Below are positions 27,201 to 39,489 of a DNA stretch of 64,000 nt, one piece after another. The notes beneath the pieces were generated by a model, which saw only the letters and a list, made by a program, of their open reading frames with translations, was not told the origin of the DNA and did no database searches. Position numbers and translations under genes: made by a program. The DNA is from Catajapyx aquilonaris. Its lineage: Eukaryota. Each line of letters begins with the position of its first letter. Position 1 is the stretch's first letter. Where the stretch lies: contig JYFJ02001069.1 of NCBI GenBank assembly GCA_000934665.2, positions 1-64,000 of the forward strand. The letters are read 5' to 3'.

Positions 27201-30200
27201 AACTCGATTCGCCTTTACCTGCTGGGAGTTAAATAATTTATGGAAATCATATCAGCTAGGAAAACCGAGCCATAAGAGGACGAGTTATTAACACTGCAGG
27301 GTGTGGTCACCAAATATTTTTTTTTGTGGATATATCATAACGCCCATTAGAGCAAGGCACTGGCCTAATCCCAATGCAAAGCCTGCTGTGCATGGAATTG
27401 GGAGTTTGGAACAAAGCGATTCGACCCAGCCCGCCTATTGAGCCTGAGCTATCAAGCAGACAATTCAAAAAGGGGGTGCTGAAGGGTCCTCTTGCATGAC
27501 AAATGGCCATTTACAGCACGTAATCGGTGTAGACGGCTGACTTCGCAGAAGCAGTTTCATTGGATCTCAACATCTGAACATATAAACATCTCTCGAATGA
27601 CAGGAGACCCGGATTGAAATGATTGCGTGCAGGTACAGCATTATGCGAGCTGCTAAGGATTTATATCGTCGCAGTGACCTGGAATGATTTATTACGCGAC
27701 CAGATTGCGCACGGGACAATGCACGTGTTGCATATTCAAGAAGAGGAAAACGTCAGCTGACTATTGTAAAGCTACTTACCGATGAACTCCAAGCCTCCTA
27801 GTTTCCACGTTCCCTTTTTTGTCACCAAAATACTGCTAGGGGACACATTTCTGTGCAGAACGCGTCCGGAATAATGTAGGAAAGACAAGGCTTCAGTGAT
27901 CTGAAAAAAAGAAAATAATATTCAGCGACTGATCATCTACGCAGCAGGTTGTGCAGGGGCACTGACTACTAGGGATGCTGAAAACGGAAACGAAGTAAAG
28001 TTAATTTCCTGTTGATGCCGGCCACAAATTCTATACCCATCATTGTATCAGAGCCCGCATTTGAGGCACACTCGAATCCTTTTTCTTTCCCTCAGCGGCT
28101 ACATAATTACATATTCCCCCGGATATATCTGGCTGAGGGATAGCAGAAACTGGCTGGCTCATCATTTGATTACTCGCAAAGCGATGGCCGCAGAACACCG
28201 CGTCTCATCAACGCCGGAATCAGTCAGTCTGTCCTCCAAGACCCATGTACCATCTCCCAGTATTAATTACTAAACAATCACTGTCGCATCCGACGACGCT
28301 TCTTCCGGAGAGACGCGCAAGAATTTAATTCGCTCCAATTAAATCTAAATTTGCAAGTCCGCTGAGTTTGGCTCCGTATTAAATCCCGACTCTCACACAC
28401 TTTAGCCTATACAGTTGGTCATCGGCCAAGGAATGCCCCCTGAGGATGGTCCAAAAGCAAAGCAGTGGCAACAGGAAGGAACAGCAATTACTAGTCAGCT
28501 TCCTGGCCCGGCCCCACATCACAGTGTATGGGGGAAGCAGCCTCCGAATTATTATTTACCTTCCCAAGCTGCATGGAAATAGCTCTCGGCGGAGAATTTC
28601 CACCAATTTCCGGGGCAACAGCAAGCTCCCAGTCCGGCCCATCACTTGTGATGGAGATGCACTCAGACTCTCCCAGTGATGTTATACACCAACATCCTAG
28701 GCTGCGTCTCATCGCAAACACCAAACCAGGCCTGGATCGGACTAGCTCTTAGCTAACTATACAGATTCTGATCGGGATGTGTGTGTTTGACAGCCATTTG
28801 ACCAGACGAGCTACCAATCGGAACCCTGCAATGCTTCTGTTGCGGACTTACATATTCATCAAAATATATGACATTATGTAATCATGCAACATTTTTTGCC
28901 TCATACTCTTGTCAGATTATCCACATTTCCCGTCCTCCTAAAACCCATATCTAACCAGGTCTCGATATGACCATAATTCCCCCTATTCAGATACTAAGCA
29001 GAGCCAACTGCACCCTGTAGGACTATAACGACTCTTGCCTGCTCCAGCAGAAGCACATCAGGGCAAATGGGGCTGCAGGCACAGCGATTTTCACACGCTG
29101 CACAGAGTAGGCTATATGAAATGTAAATGGAGGAGCAGGACAAACTCATAACTCAACGCTTGTTGCAGCTAGCTGCCTGCCTCTAGCTATAGCCAACCAG
29201 CATGCGACGTATGCTGTGTATGTGTGTATACGTGCCCTCAATCAGATGATAAGCTTCAGGCTGAGGCTCAACCCCGCAAATGTAATTGAATTCAGCGCAT
29301 AATATTACCATATACTGTCAATAGTCGACCTGTGAATGGCCAGCTCTTCTTAGGAAAAAAGGTAAATGGCACTTTTGGCTAAGCAGCAGGTGACAGCTCC
29401 CGACAATGAAAAAAGACCCTTAATGAGGGAACAAATGAGTGCAGGAGCCAGCCATTTGTCACCGACCCGAATCCCGCGTCCCATTTGCTGCCAGCTTGCG
29501 CAAACAAAGATAGTCGCTTTAAGCCCACTCTAAACCGCGATATCAATCCGAATCATGTGCCAATTGTCATCCAAATCCCAATTAAAAAAATCAGGCTTTG
29601 TGACTCACCCTGTAGCCTGTACCAACCCACACACAGAATAAAGAAGAAAGGAAGCAGTGATGAAATTGAATGTGACCCCGCAGCAGATATTGGCCGGCGG
29701 AGACGTCGGTTGTCGCCTCTCCGAGTTCAAAGCGAAGGCGCGACAGCGAGTCGAGGCACGCGCAAGCCAAATCCGCCTTGAGATGGCCGAGTAAACGGAG
29801 AACCCTACGTGACAAGATTTCCTAAAAAGGTTTTCGCCACAACTTCCTGTATATGAACTGCGTGCTGCATTGTCAAACCCCCCAAATGCCCATATCACCA
29901 ACCACTTACTGTGTGCGGGCACATTACATACTACCCATCCAGACCACACCATACCATCTCACGACAAATGGGATAGGTACATGTTGAGTTAAAGTATATT
30001 TCATAGGTGGGCAATGACGACTGATGTTTCTGTGGAGGCTTACTCCTTGTTTGGCAGCGTCTGGAGCCCAGCTAGTGGGCTTCGATCCGGCAGACACACG
30101 AGGATAGCTGGGCTGGGTGGGATGGGGGTAAATCAATATGGTGCGGGGAAGGTAGAGTACCTCACCTGCGCAGGTGCTACAATCCCCGCCCATCCCTGTC

Positions 30201-33200
30201 ACCCACCCCCTATCCCCTGCCCCGGTGTGCAACCTTCACCTGCTGGCACACTATATGCACCCCGGGACAACCCCACCTGCCCCCCTCAACTCCACATCCG
30301 CAATCCCCGCCAGCAACAAGTGCGCTTTATACTAACATACCGACAGATGCATACGGAGAAAAGTAAGAGGGGACTTTACCTGAAGAATTCCGTATTTAAG
30401 CTCGATGTCGAGGAACCGGATGGTGTTGGGTTGCCCTCCGTCTTTGGATCCTCGGTGTCCCGTCGGTTTGGCCACGACCTCCTCCTGCTGAAGACCTACT
30501 TGCTGAGGAGGAGATAAGCTCAGCACGGTGGCCAAGCTGCAGAGGACGGGCTCGGTGGCGAAGGCCAATGTCTCGCTGCATTCCTCAATGGCGTGAAGCA
30601 CCTGAGGAAGAACGGTCAACACGGGGGTCAAAACCAGTCAAAAAGCCGCATCTGCAATGGTTTCATCCATACAGACCTGCAGTATTTTAGGGTGTCTGAA
30701 CCTCTCTAGTTGTCGCACGCTGGCCCTCAGAATCTCGGTAATGGTCTCTTTCCTCTTGGGTTTGTGAAGCTTCTCTGCGCAGCGTTTCTCGAAGATGAAG
30801 ACCGACACTTCCTGCAATCACATGCTTGTCTTATTATTCATGCAGTTACAACGAAGCGCAGATTTTTTGGTTCACACGGGACGCATCCGTGGCAAAAACC
30901 GAAATAAGCATTCTTGCTCTCAGACCTTGTTACATCTCGTGGTGTATATATACACGGCATGAACCATCGATTTGCTCATAGATCGATGTCGACGTATATA
31001 TATATATACACACACACACCGCTTCTCCTATCCATTTGCACGGGACCAAATTGATGGTCCGATGCATTATCGGATTCTGCCACGTACAAGCTGGTATCCT
31101 TATTCGATGACATGGTCTTAAATCAAGGTTAAAATTTGCGACGTCGTTGAAGCTTCACAGGTACAGAGTACGGAATCTTTTACTATATCTGTGAGGCCAT
31201 AAATTTTTTAGTGCCGTGAACCTTCAAACTAGGTCCAATCGAAGTCATTTCCTAAAAGCTTTTTGAAGGTGAAATGAGACCTTAGGTGAGCAGCAAAGAT
31301 GATGCTTTCTGCCAGCACTCACAAGTGCAACTTTTTTTTTGCTAGATTATATCGACTTTTCTGATGTCAAAACAAACTCACTGGATTCATCGCTCTGTAC
31401 AGTTTGCAAGAGTGCACATTATAAACCTCAGCAAGTACTGCACTGGATCATTATTTATATGTACTGTGCGGTTTGGTTTACAGAAATTGAAAGTAATGGC
31501 CGCTCAAATATATTTTTGACTCGCCCTGTACCTGTGTCAATAAAAGTAGTAGCAGCAGCAGGCTCAACATTAAAGGTCAGGCGAAGATCCAATGACCTCG
31601 CTCATGAACTGCGTCTCGCGTTTCCTTCCCCAGCATTCTTTCCAGCAATCAGACAAAATGCGTACCCAGCCAGGCCTAATCCAAGTGCAGGATGGAAGCC
31701 TATTAGCCTATGCAAAGTTATTGTGATTCCTCGGCCCGTGTCTCCCTGGGGCTGACTTGGTGAGCCTGGCCCGACTTAGTGGCGGCTTTAAGGCGGAATA
31801 TATTTTGCAAAGTTCCTGCACTACAACGACGTACTCGTCTCCATCTGTCCTGGGAATTAATTCTGGCAAGGTCGCGACTACCGCAGCGCTTCCATCCTCC
31901 AATCAAACAACTCTCTTCTAATATGATCAGAATTATTGGCCCCGGCATGGGCAGGAATGCGCCCGATTGCATCTCCAGGAATGTGCGAGTATGGTCCAAC
32001 GCACCCAGATATAGTGTATTACAGAGCATACTGCTTATGGCTCTCTGGCATTTTATTCACATATGTGCATAAAATATAGCATTGTATTCACTTTAGTGCA
32101 TTTATTTATGCATTGAATTAATTTTATGCACGAAAATGTGTAGTATTATATATGCTAAATTTTGAGCGAATGTAGCTGCGGTGTTGTCAGGTGAGATAAA
32201 TCGGGTGCGGCCACCCATCAACAAGTCGATTTGCAGATTGCTTGGAGGGTGGGTGCAACAGGTGATCCGGAGCATATGGCCTCCCTGGAGCCTCTCACAC
32301 ACTCACACGACCTTGCATTATTCCCGGAGTGGAGGCCCATTCACCTGGAGGAGGCAAACAAGCAAACTTGGAAGGAAAATCCGGGAGCCAATTAGGAGGG
32401 GCGACACGGGCCAGCAGACTGCGCTGAGAAGTCAGCTTGCACAATTAATGGCCGCCTTAATCACTTCCTTCGCGGTCCTTCCAATCTGTCACCCTGGCCA
32501 AACGACCAACTTTGTCATTGTTGCATCGGCTGTTTAGTTGCGCCTGCCGTTTGGACCACTCCTTGTGACGGGAAAGGGGGTTGGGTTGCGTGAATCTCAG
32601 GATAAAATCCTTCGTGGTCGGAGGGTATTGTACACTGTACTGTATACCGTATGAAAATGCGTATGGAAAATATTGAGGAAGCCTTTCAAGAACTCGGAGC
32701 GGATGGTGGGCTTCCACGTTGAAATATGATAACTCTGAAAATAACTCGCCAAATTCTCGAGAAAAGATTGTGGCTTCATTAGAAGGAGGCAGAGGTTTTC
32801 TTGGAATGAAATGGTTTTCTGCCCACATTGTCCAACTAAAAGGGACAAAAATACTCTTTCAATAGGAAGATGCAAAAATTATAAATAGATCGCCGTTTGA
32901 GCCCCGCATCTAGGATTCCGTGATAAACAGGCGACGATGATCCTCCAAATCCCGCAGCATCCAGCAATAAAAAGCTGATTCCCCAGCCCAATCCTTCCTA
33001 AAATCCCTCTTGAAATATAATTCCCCCATCCAAGTGCCTGGTTTATCTGGTTGGATTCCCGTCACCTGCGACCAGGTATATAGGGAGCCCCATCATCCCG
33101 GCTGGCCGTCTGGGGCCCACTTGACCATCCCCACACGAGGGCGAAACCCACACCCTCCGACTGCTCTCTTGGGCCCCTCAGGACTCGAGCTCTGCAAACC

Positions 33201-34530
33201 CAGCATCCGCCAAACCAATGCCTATACTCTTCAAGGGCTTCTTCCTTCAGCAAGTCGAGAGTCTCGCGAATCTAATTGCTGCCTCTTCTGGCCAGGAACA
33301 AAGACCTGCTGTCGCCGCCACTTAGATTGTATTTTCCATGCCATCGCCCCTCCGAAACTTTCCACGGTGATTATGGAATATATTACAGCAAACAAGTGCC
33401 ACTCTTCCAAACTCTTAAGCTGGGGATACGCTTCAATAATGGAACATTTCTCAGAAGTCTATAATATTAAAATCGTATGCAGAAGCCTTCTGATTGGACA
33501 GCCGCATATTGTTACCGCGAAGCTTCCTATTGGCCAGCGTTCTACTCATGCGCAGTGGGTGTATAGGCAGCTCCTCTGGTGGATTGGAGTTGGATCCAAC
33601 AGGACTACAGCTAGTATTTAATTTTTAATTTTAAAATTTAAAACATTTCCGATCAACCTGGTGGATTGTCGCCCTCTGAGGGCATGGTCTTTCTCTTTGA
33701 GGCTACTCTCTTGATGGCGACTAATTGAACAAAGTGCAGGCCGACACTCGACTGGTGCGTCATGGCGGTAAGAGATGGTGAAGACAAAAGACCCACCCTT
33801 TTTCGCGGCTCATGCACATCACTTTCGTTGAGGAGTCTTCATTTCTTCCCTCCCAAAGGACCTATATATAGGCTTCCCCACTGAAACCGGGTATCGACTG
33901 ACTTTACACCGTGGTTGCTACTATGCCTGGCTTTTATCTTGTATTCGAGAGCTCCGGGTCTGATTCAGCAGATTTATGACGCTTTTGCTGCTTCCAACGC
34001 AGGTCCTGCTTTTTACAGAACCGTCACCCACGGTATACTTATTTACCGCGGAACCTGCGTCACAGGTGTTCGTGCTCACGCGTACAAATACAAGCCCCAG
34101 ATATCTAATCAGTGGGCGATTTTTTTTTCTGCAAGGGCGACCTTAACTGTCCATCATCATTCTATCGCACACCGTTGGATTTCGACGGGCCCGTGCTGTC
34201 GATATCTGCCTGGCCGTACCTCTCCTGTTTACCTTTGCCGTTCCAACAGATTGTACCCTCCTTTGAGGCTCTCAAAACATTTGTACAGCATTACACCGGG
34301 CATGATTACAATCTCGATGCATATGCAAGGAGTTGGAAAATAATTGTAACGTGAGAACATTTGCACCGTACCTTCCCGTCCGTCTTGCGATACGCGTCGT
34401 GTATCTTCCAGACGAGTTCGGGCCCAGCGCAGGCGGTGGGCCTTCCGATCTCGAAGAACTGCATGATGGGGTTGTTCTCCAGGATACCATGAGTGGAGGA
34501 GGATGCGCCGTGCTTGAACTTGGAGAACAT
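15271..34530 (-). CDS. SCYL2: SCY1-like protein 2 family pseudokinase/HEAT protein (resembles Drosophila bma/CG34356 paralog), complete, 15 coding exons, ~839 aa
   Basis: Exons (minus): 34530-34372, 30811-30677, 30601-30380, 27900-27780, 27038-26943, 26877-26732, 24232-24102, 21285-21171, 20013-19868, 19803-19650, 19591-19342, 19256-19088, 18379-18198, 17971-17727, 15519-15271. All GT-AG, phases consistent, 2520 nt. Motifs: NPIMQFFEIGRPTACAGPELVWKIHDA, EVSVFIFEK, LERFRHPKIL, LAFATEPV, DIELKYGILQITEALSFLH, HRNVSPSSI..WKLGGLEF (pseudokinase: no HRD or DFG), APE, SDMFSLG, HEAT-like helices, and a Ser/Arg-rich tail. Confidence 0.93.
25581..25626. repeat. Perfect 46-bp palindrome (no spacer)
   Basis: ctataaatacatttacgcctaca|tgtaggcgtaaatgtatttatag. 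Confidence 0.95.
30995..31019. repeat. Compound (TA)n(CA)n microsatellite
   Basis: tatatatatatatacacacacacac. Confidence 0.8.
33458..33614 (+). mobile_element. Short non-autonomous Helitron related to the 40120-40293 copy
   Basis: Starts TCTATAATATTAAAAT and shares the internal ctgattgg...catattgtt(a/g)ccgc block with the other copy. Has subterminal palindrome gttggatccaac and ends CTAG|T. Confidence 0.65.
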
Positions 34531-34980
34531 GGCTTTGGTGGACTTGGGGACAGTGGGCGACGAGGTGTCTGCAGGCGCGGAGGAGGAAGCAGGTAGGCAG
34601 AGCAGCAGTAGAAGCCAGCAAGGGGCGGCCCCGGGGCAGCACCGGCCTCGGAAGTCGTCGCGGCCGCAGCAACTGCCGCAGCAAGTGCAGCAGCAGCAGC
34701 AGCAGCACCTACGGCACGACACCCCCCCGTCCTCTTCCTCCTCCTGAGGGCGATCCCGCGCGGATTCTTCGTCCTCTCCTGAAGCGGCGCTCAGACCGCG
34801 CTCGAGGATGGACACCAATTCCGTAATGTCACCCAGTCTGCCGGCCTTCTCCGCACCCCGACTCTACAAGTCCAGCCCAATCACACCTGCTTCCCATCGC
34901 TGCATGGCCTCAGTCGCCTCACACCTTCCATTCACCTGAAAGAAGAAGAATGGTGACACTAGCAGGATGGTAACTCTCCC

Positions 34981-35098
34981 AGCCAATCTGGGGAGCAATA
35001 CACTAACGTCAGCCAATCTGGAGAGCAATACACTACGTCAGCCAATCCGTAGAGCAACACAAATCCAGCCAATCCGCAATACATCCGTTGGCCAATCC
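34981..35098. repeat. Degenerate tandem repeat (~23-30 bp unit) with five CCAAT boxes
   Basis: (a/g)gccaatc at 34981, 35011, 35040, 35067 and 35090. The first two units are nearly identical (agccaatctgg(g/a)gagcaatacacta(a)cgtc). Confidence 0.8.
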
Positions 35099-36693
35099 AG
35101 TCTTGCCACATTGCTCTTGGGCGGTGAGGACACCACATACAGTGTGAGTTCAAGCGTAAAGAACAAGCAGGCAGAGATGGGTGTCCTCGAATCCGGCGTG
35201 AAAGGAATTGGATCAGCAAGGAGAGATGTTCTAAAAGGGCTTTTCACGGTGCGACGCGGCCAACATTCAGTGGATCATTCAAACTTTTCCTTCGCCGGTT
35301 GAAGGAAGTTTCTGGCCCCCGTAGAAAGAAAGGCGCTGGAGAAAGTTGAGTGAAAGGTAGTGGAGTTCGACGGCAGGGTCTTAAAAGGAGCTCTAAGGCT
35401 ACCAGTTGCCTCTTTCAATCACCGTGCCACCTGATATACCTCTTATGTATGGATCAGTTAGGCAAATGACGGACGTTGGCATTTGGGGGGAAACATCACG
35501 TACGCAGCACACAAATGCACTGACGTCGTCGCAAGACTACTCGTCAATAGTTTGCATCAATTTTGACCATATATGCTAACGGCGGTAACGATCTTGTTCA
35601 GACATCGACCAAAAACCCCCAAAAGCAGAGGGGATGTTGTGTACTTCCTTTATAGAGCGCACGCATTGATCCGGGTCGAATCTTTTGTCGTTTTTGACTG
35701 ATAACAATTTATTCAAAAAGTAGAGTGTAAATCCTTTATAATCGGCGTGTACAGTTCGGTTACAGTCGCATAAAATCAACATCAAGCAGCAAAAATGCTA
35801 ACGGCAATGGGAGTGAAAGACATCAATGCAGGCTCTACAAACATTACAGTGTCTCCCGTGACATTTTTATTAGAGTAGTTTAATATCGTTCCAACAGTCT
35901 GCATATCAGTACAGGCCCACTGCAGGGAAAACAATATAAACTGGTAATAAAATCTGACATTTTAAATTCATTTGCGATGCTTAATAGAATCGGAGGCAAA
36001 GTTTGTTCTCGATTGGAAACCTCAGGCAATCGAATTCATCTTTTTGTGTGCTGATTGCGATTTCTATAAGCAATAACCTCAGGGGAGGGGGGGGGGTCTT
36101 CTCTCTGTATAGCACGTACAGCTCTATGGTACTGAGAAGATATCAAGTAAAAAGTTTTGCCCGCGGTTTCATCACTTTCCAGTAACAACACATGCTGCAA
36201 TTACAGTTAAGTTTCTCCCTCGCTGCAGAGCAGAAAGCATAATGATGTGAACATTTTCCGCTAGAAATCCGTTCACACACCTATAACTGCAGTGCTCTTC
36301 ACATGCCTGCATAGATGACGTCAATACCCACAATTTCAAGTACAAAGAAACCTCAGCCCTGAATTCTCCTCTAATCACATCCCTGCCCACCAAATAAATC
36401 GACGCACCAATCTAACCGTGATTCCACTATATCACTAAATTGATTTTTATCAACATTAAAGCACCCGCATAATCAGCCCGCAGCCCCCGCGTTTTTTACA
36501 CACAAATTATTTACCCACCACCGTTCGCGGCCAAGGTGCTAATTGAAACAAGTCTTCAGCAAACAAGCTGATTATTTTAATTTCCGCCGTGTAATCAACG
36601 CTCCAAGGTCGCCTTCTTCTCCCCAAAAAACACCAAAAACGCGCACAATTATTTTTTATTCAAAATGGTGAATAAACAAAATGTGACTCCTAC

Positions 36694-36900
36694 CTGCTTG
36701 AACCAGGCCAAGAAACGGGAGAGGCAACCACGGCCGTAACAGGTCGGGACCGGACTACCTGTTGCTGCGCCGACCTTCCAGAGACTGAATCCCCCCTCCC
36801 TCCCTCCCTCCTCCCATCTCCTCCCTCCCCCTAGACGCCCTCGACGCCTCCCACCCACACGCCTGCCAACGGACAGGGTGCTAGGCGCCACTATCTACAC
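36694..36900 (-). promoter_or_regulatory. Candidate promoter and non-coding first exon of the SCYL2-like gene
   Basis: A GC-rich, purine-tract region ends in donor CAG|gtagga at 36694/36693. It could splice to the strong acceptor cttcttctttcag at 34936/34935. Inferred; no transcript evidence. Confidence 0.35.
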
Positions 36901-38149
36901 CACAGATGCCTCAATGTCGCCAACGACAACGACACTGCCAGGATACCCTGCAATTTGGGTGGCCTTTCCTCAGGGGCATCAACAACAGTCAATCATTATT
37001 TTTGTGACTCACCCTGTATACGTATCTCTTCCAAAGTGAATCTCTATGGACAGCTTAAATTACCTCGTGCTACGTACAGGGGCATGAATAGCCCGAATTT
37101 ATGGAACCATTATCTAGTCGGGTGGAACTGGTGGTCGAGTCGGACAAAATGGGCTATTGATGAGGTAATTGCACCTCTACACCCACTCGACCCCATACAA
37201 CAAACGAGTAACCAAGTCCCAATTTACTGTGTGTGATCGTATAAAACGACAGGATTTGATGTTTATTGCCATTGGTTGTTCAGCCTGGAGCAAACGCTTC
37301 TCGCTCAACACAGAAGGTGCAAGGGTTGCTGCCATACCAGGATGAATATAAGAGTGTGTGCCCATTGGCCAACACTAATCAAACAAACTTATTAATTTTA
37401 TCCTCCAATGGAGATCGGGGCTGACTTGCACCTTTAAGATCCAGGTGGCTTTGTCAAATGGGGCCGGTTTTTAATTGCTATTAAGGAATTATGCAAGTTT
37501 TCCTCCTCTCGTTTTGTATGACGTAATCCGTGACATTTGCGTAATATATCCTATTAGTTTCAGCTGCGTGCCACCTCCACAGTCCACAGTTCACAACAAA
37601 GCGGGGGGAAAAGCAATAATTAGGGTACTGCACGGTACAGTACATTATAGTGTCATTAACTCACCGACTGCAGCATCATAGAAGAGGCTCATTCTTCCGT
37701 AAAATGCGGACGTAATAAAACAGAGTCGATTTCAGGTGTGTTTTTGCGGGTTGAAAAAATGAATTTCGCCGAATCCACAAACCTATGCGGTCAGTTACAT
37801 AACACGTTACTTCATTAGTGTCAAAAAGATTCTCCGCAATTCTAGACAGCTCTACAATTCAACAAATGGTGTAGCCAAGAAGTGATTTAGTATTGTATGG
37901 TCCTGAGTCCATAGATCTATAGGCTACTATGTGTACACAGCGTTTGTGTGGGAGGATGATGACACCCAAGGTGTTGACTCACCCGCTCAACCGACAACAA
38001 CACCCAAAATCCGGGATATGGACGCTTAACCATTGGACTTTTCACACAAAAGGACTACAGCCTCAGACATGCCCCTTGTGCAAAATTCAATGTGCTGTGG
38101 CTATTACCACTATTACAATATAGAATATAGATGGAGCTTTACAGAACTG

Positions 38150-38223
38150 TTATGTTACGGATTATTGTACACCAGATATTCGTAACTTTACGAATATCTG
38201 GTGTACAATAATCCGTAACATAA
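38150..38223. repeat. Perfect 36-bp inverted repeat with 2-nt spacer
   Basis: ttatgttacggattattgtacaccagatattcgtaa-ct-ttacgaatatctggtgtacaataatccgtaacataa. Confidence 0.95.
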
Positions 38224-39489
38224 TTAAGTGGATGTGGCACAAGAAATGTGACGCAAACACTGTATCATGGGACGTGTTACAGTGTTTGCATCGCATTTCG
38301 CTAATTTCATCGATTTCGCTAAACCAACCTGACCCGCTTTGGCAACTTACGGCTAATAAATCACGATGACAGCCTTCCGCCTTCAAGTTGCTCCTGTTTG
38401 ACTAATCAGACGAGACACTGAGATAGCAATAAAAATGTTATTTTTAGGAAACTTAAGTCGGGATATTGTCAGTTACAGTGATTAGATCCATTAATAGATC
38501 TGCATGCAGTTATATATGACTCACAGCTCGAATTCTCCTCCGAGAGATAACAAATCACACGAGTCTGCAGCTTGCCCAACCGGATCTATTTTTACTACAA
38601 TCCTATATCCTGAAAGGTGATGCTGAATATGGTCCTCCTGAGAAGGCCAGAGACATTTAGAGTTTACTGAACTGCCAGTTCACAGATGTCATACTCGGTC
38701 ATACGGTTTCTCAGAATTCGGCTAAACTGGAGTCGGTTAGCTTTCACGGGAAATGATAGCCTTTGTACGTAAGAAGCAACGCTTTCCCCCAGCTTGTTTC
38801 AAACTCGAATAATTGCCTGAACTTCCTTTCATCATTAATTAACCACCTACATTTCGCTCCTCTGAGCAAATCTCGATCCCTTGAAGCCGTTTGTACATAG
38901 ATGAAGGCCCACTCAATGTCATTAGACTCAACTGATGTAGCTCCCTGGTTCCGATCGCCACGACTAGGGTTTTCTTCCTGGTCGATTCCAAGGATGGCTT
39001 CCTTCCTCACTTACCCTTGTCATACAATAGCCCACTGCCATCATTAGGCAGACAATTCAGGTGTGTGGGTGAGAGTACGCCAGAACCAACCTTTCCAGAA
39101 TTGACTAGCAGGCACCTAGTAATAAACTTTTCACTATTCAGTAAGAAGCTGAAAACAGAGGATATAATTATGATGCCAACATAAGCAACTCTGTCTTCCT
39201 CATTAGGAACATGTAGTTGTTCTTTTATTACCAGAGCTGTGGAATGCAGCACATAGTAATAACAGCAATATATCTGTACAGTGAGGACATCCAATGTACA
39301 AAGCAGCACCTATTTATCTGCACGACACAGCATGCCCTGCAAGAAAAGAAGCAGTTGCCAGCTGGGCCACACAGGCTGTGAGTTGGAACAAAGACTTGAG
39401 CACGTGGAAGAAGCAAAACAGGTGGTTTTTTTGTCAACTGTGCCACCCCATCATCCACCTCACACACCAAAGGTATTGACACCATTGCT

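Noticed and set aside
33010..33621. 203-aa plus-strand ORF
   Set aside because: Intronic and antisense, with a TTG start; it runs into a Helitron remnant and shows no homology-like motifs.
34981..35098. CRISPR-like spacing of short repeats
   Set aside because: The units are a degenerate tandem repeat without unique spacers, there are no cas genes, and the context is eukaryotic.
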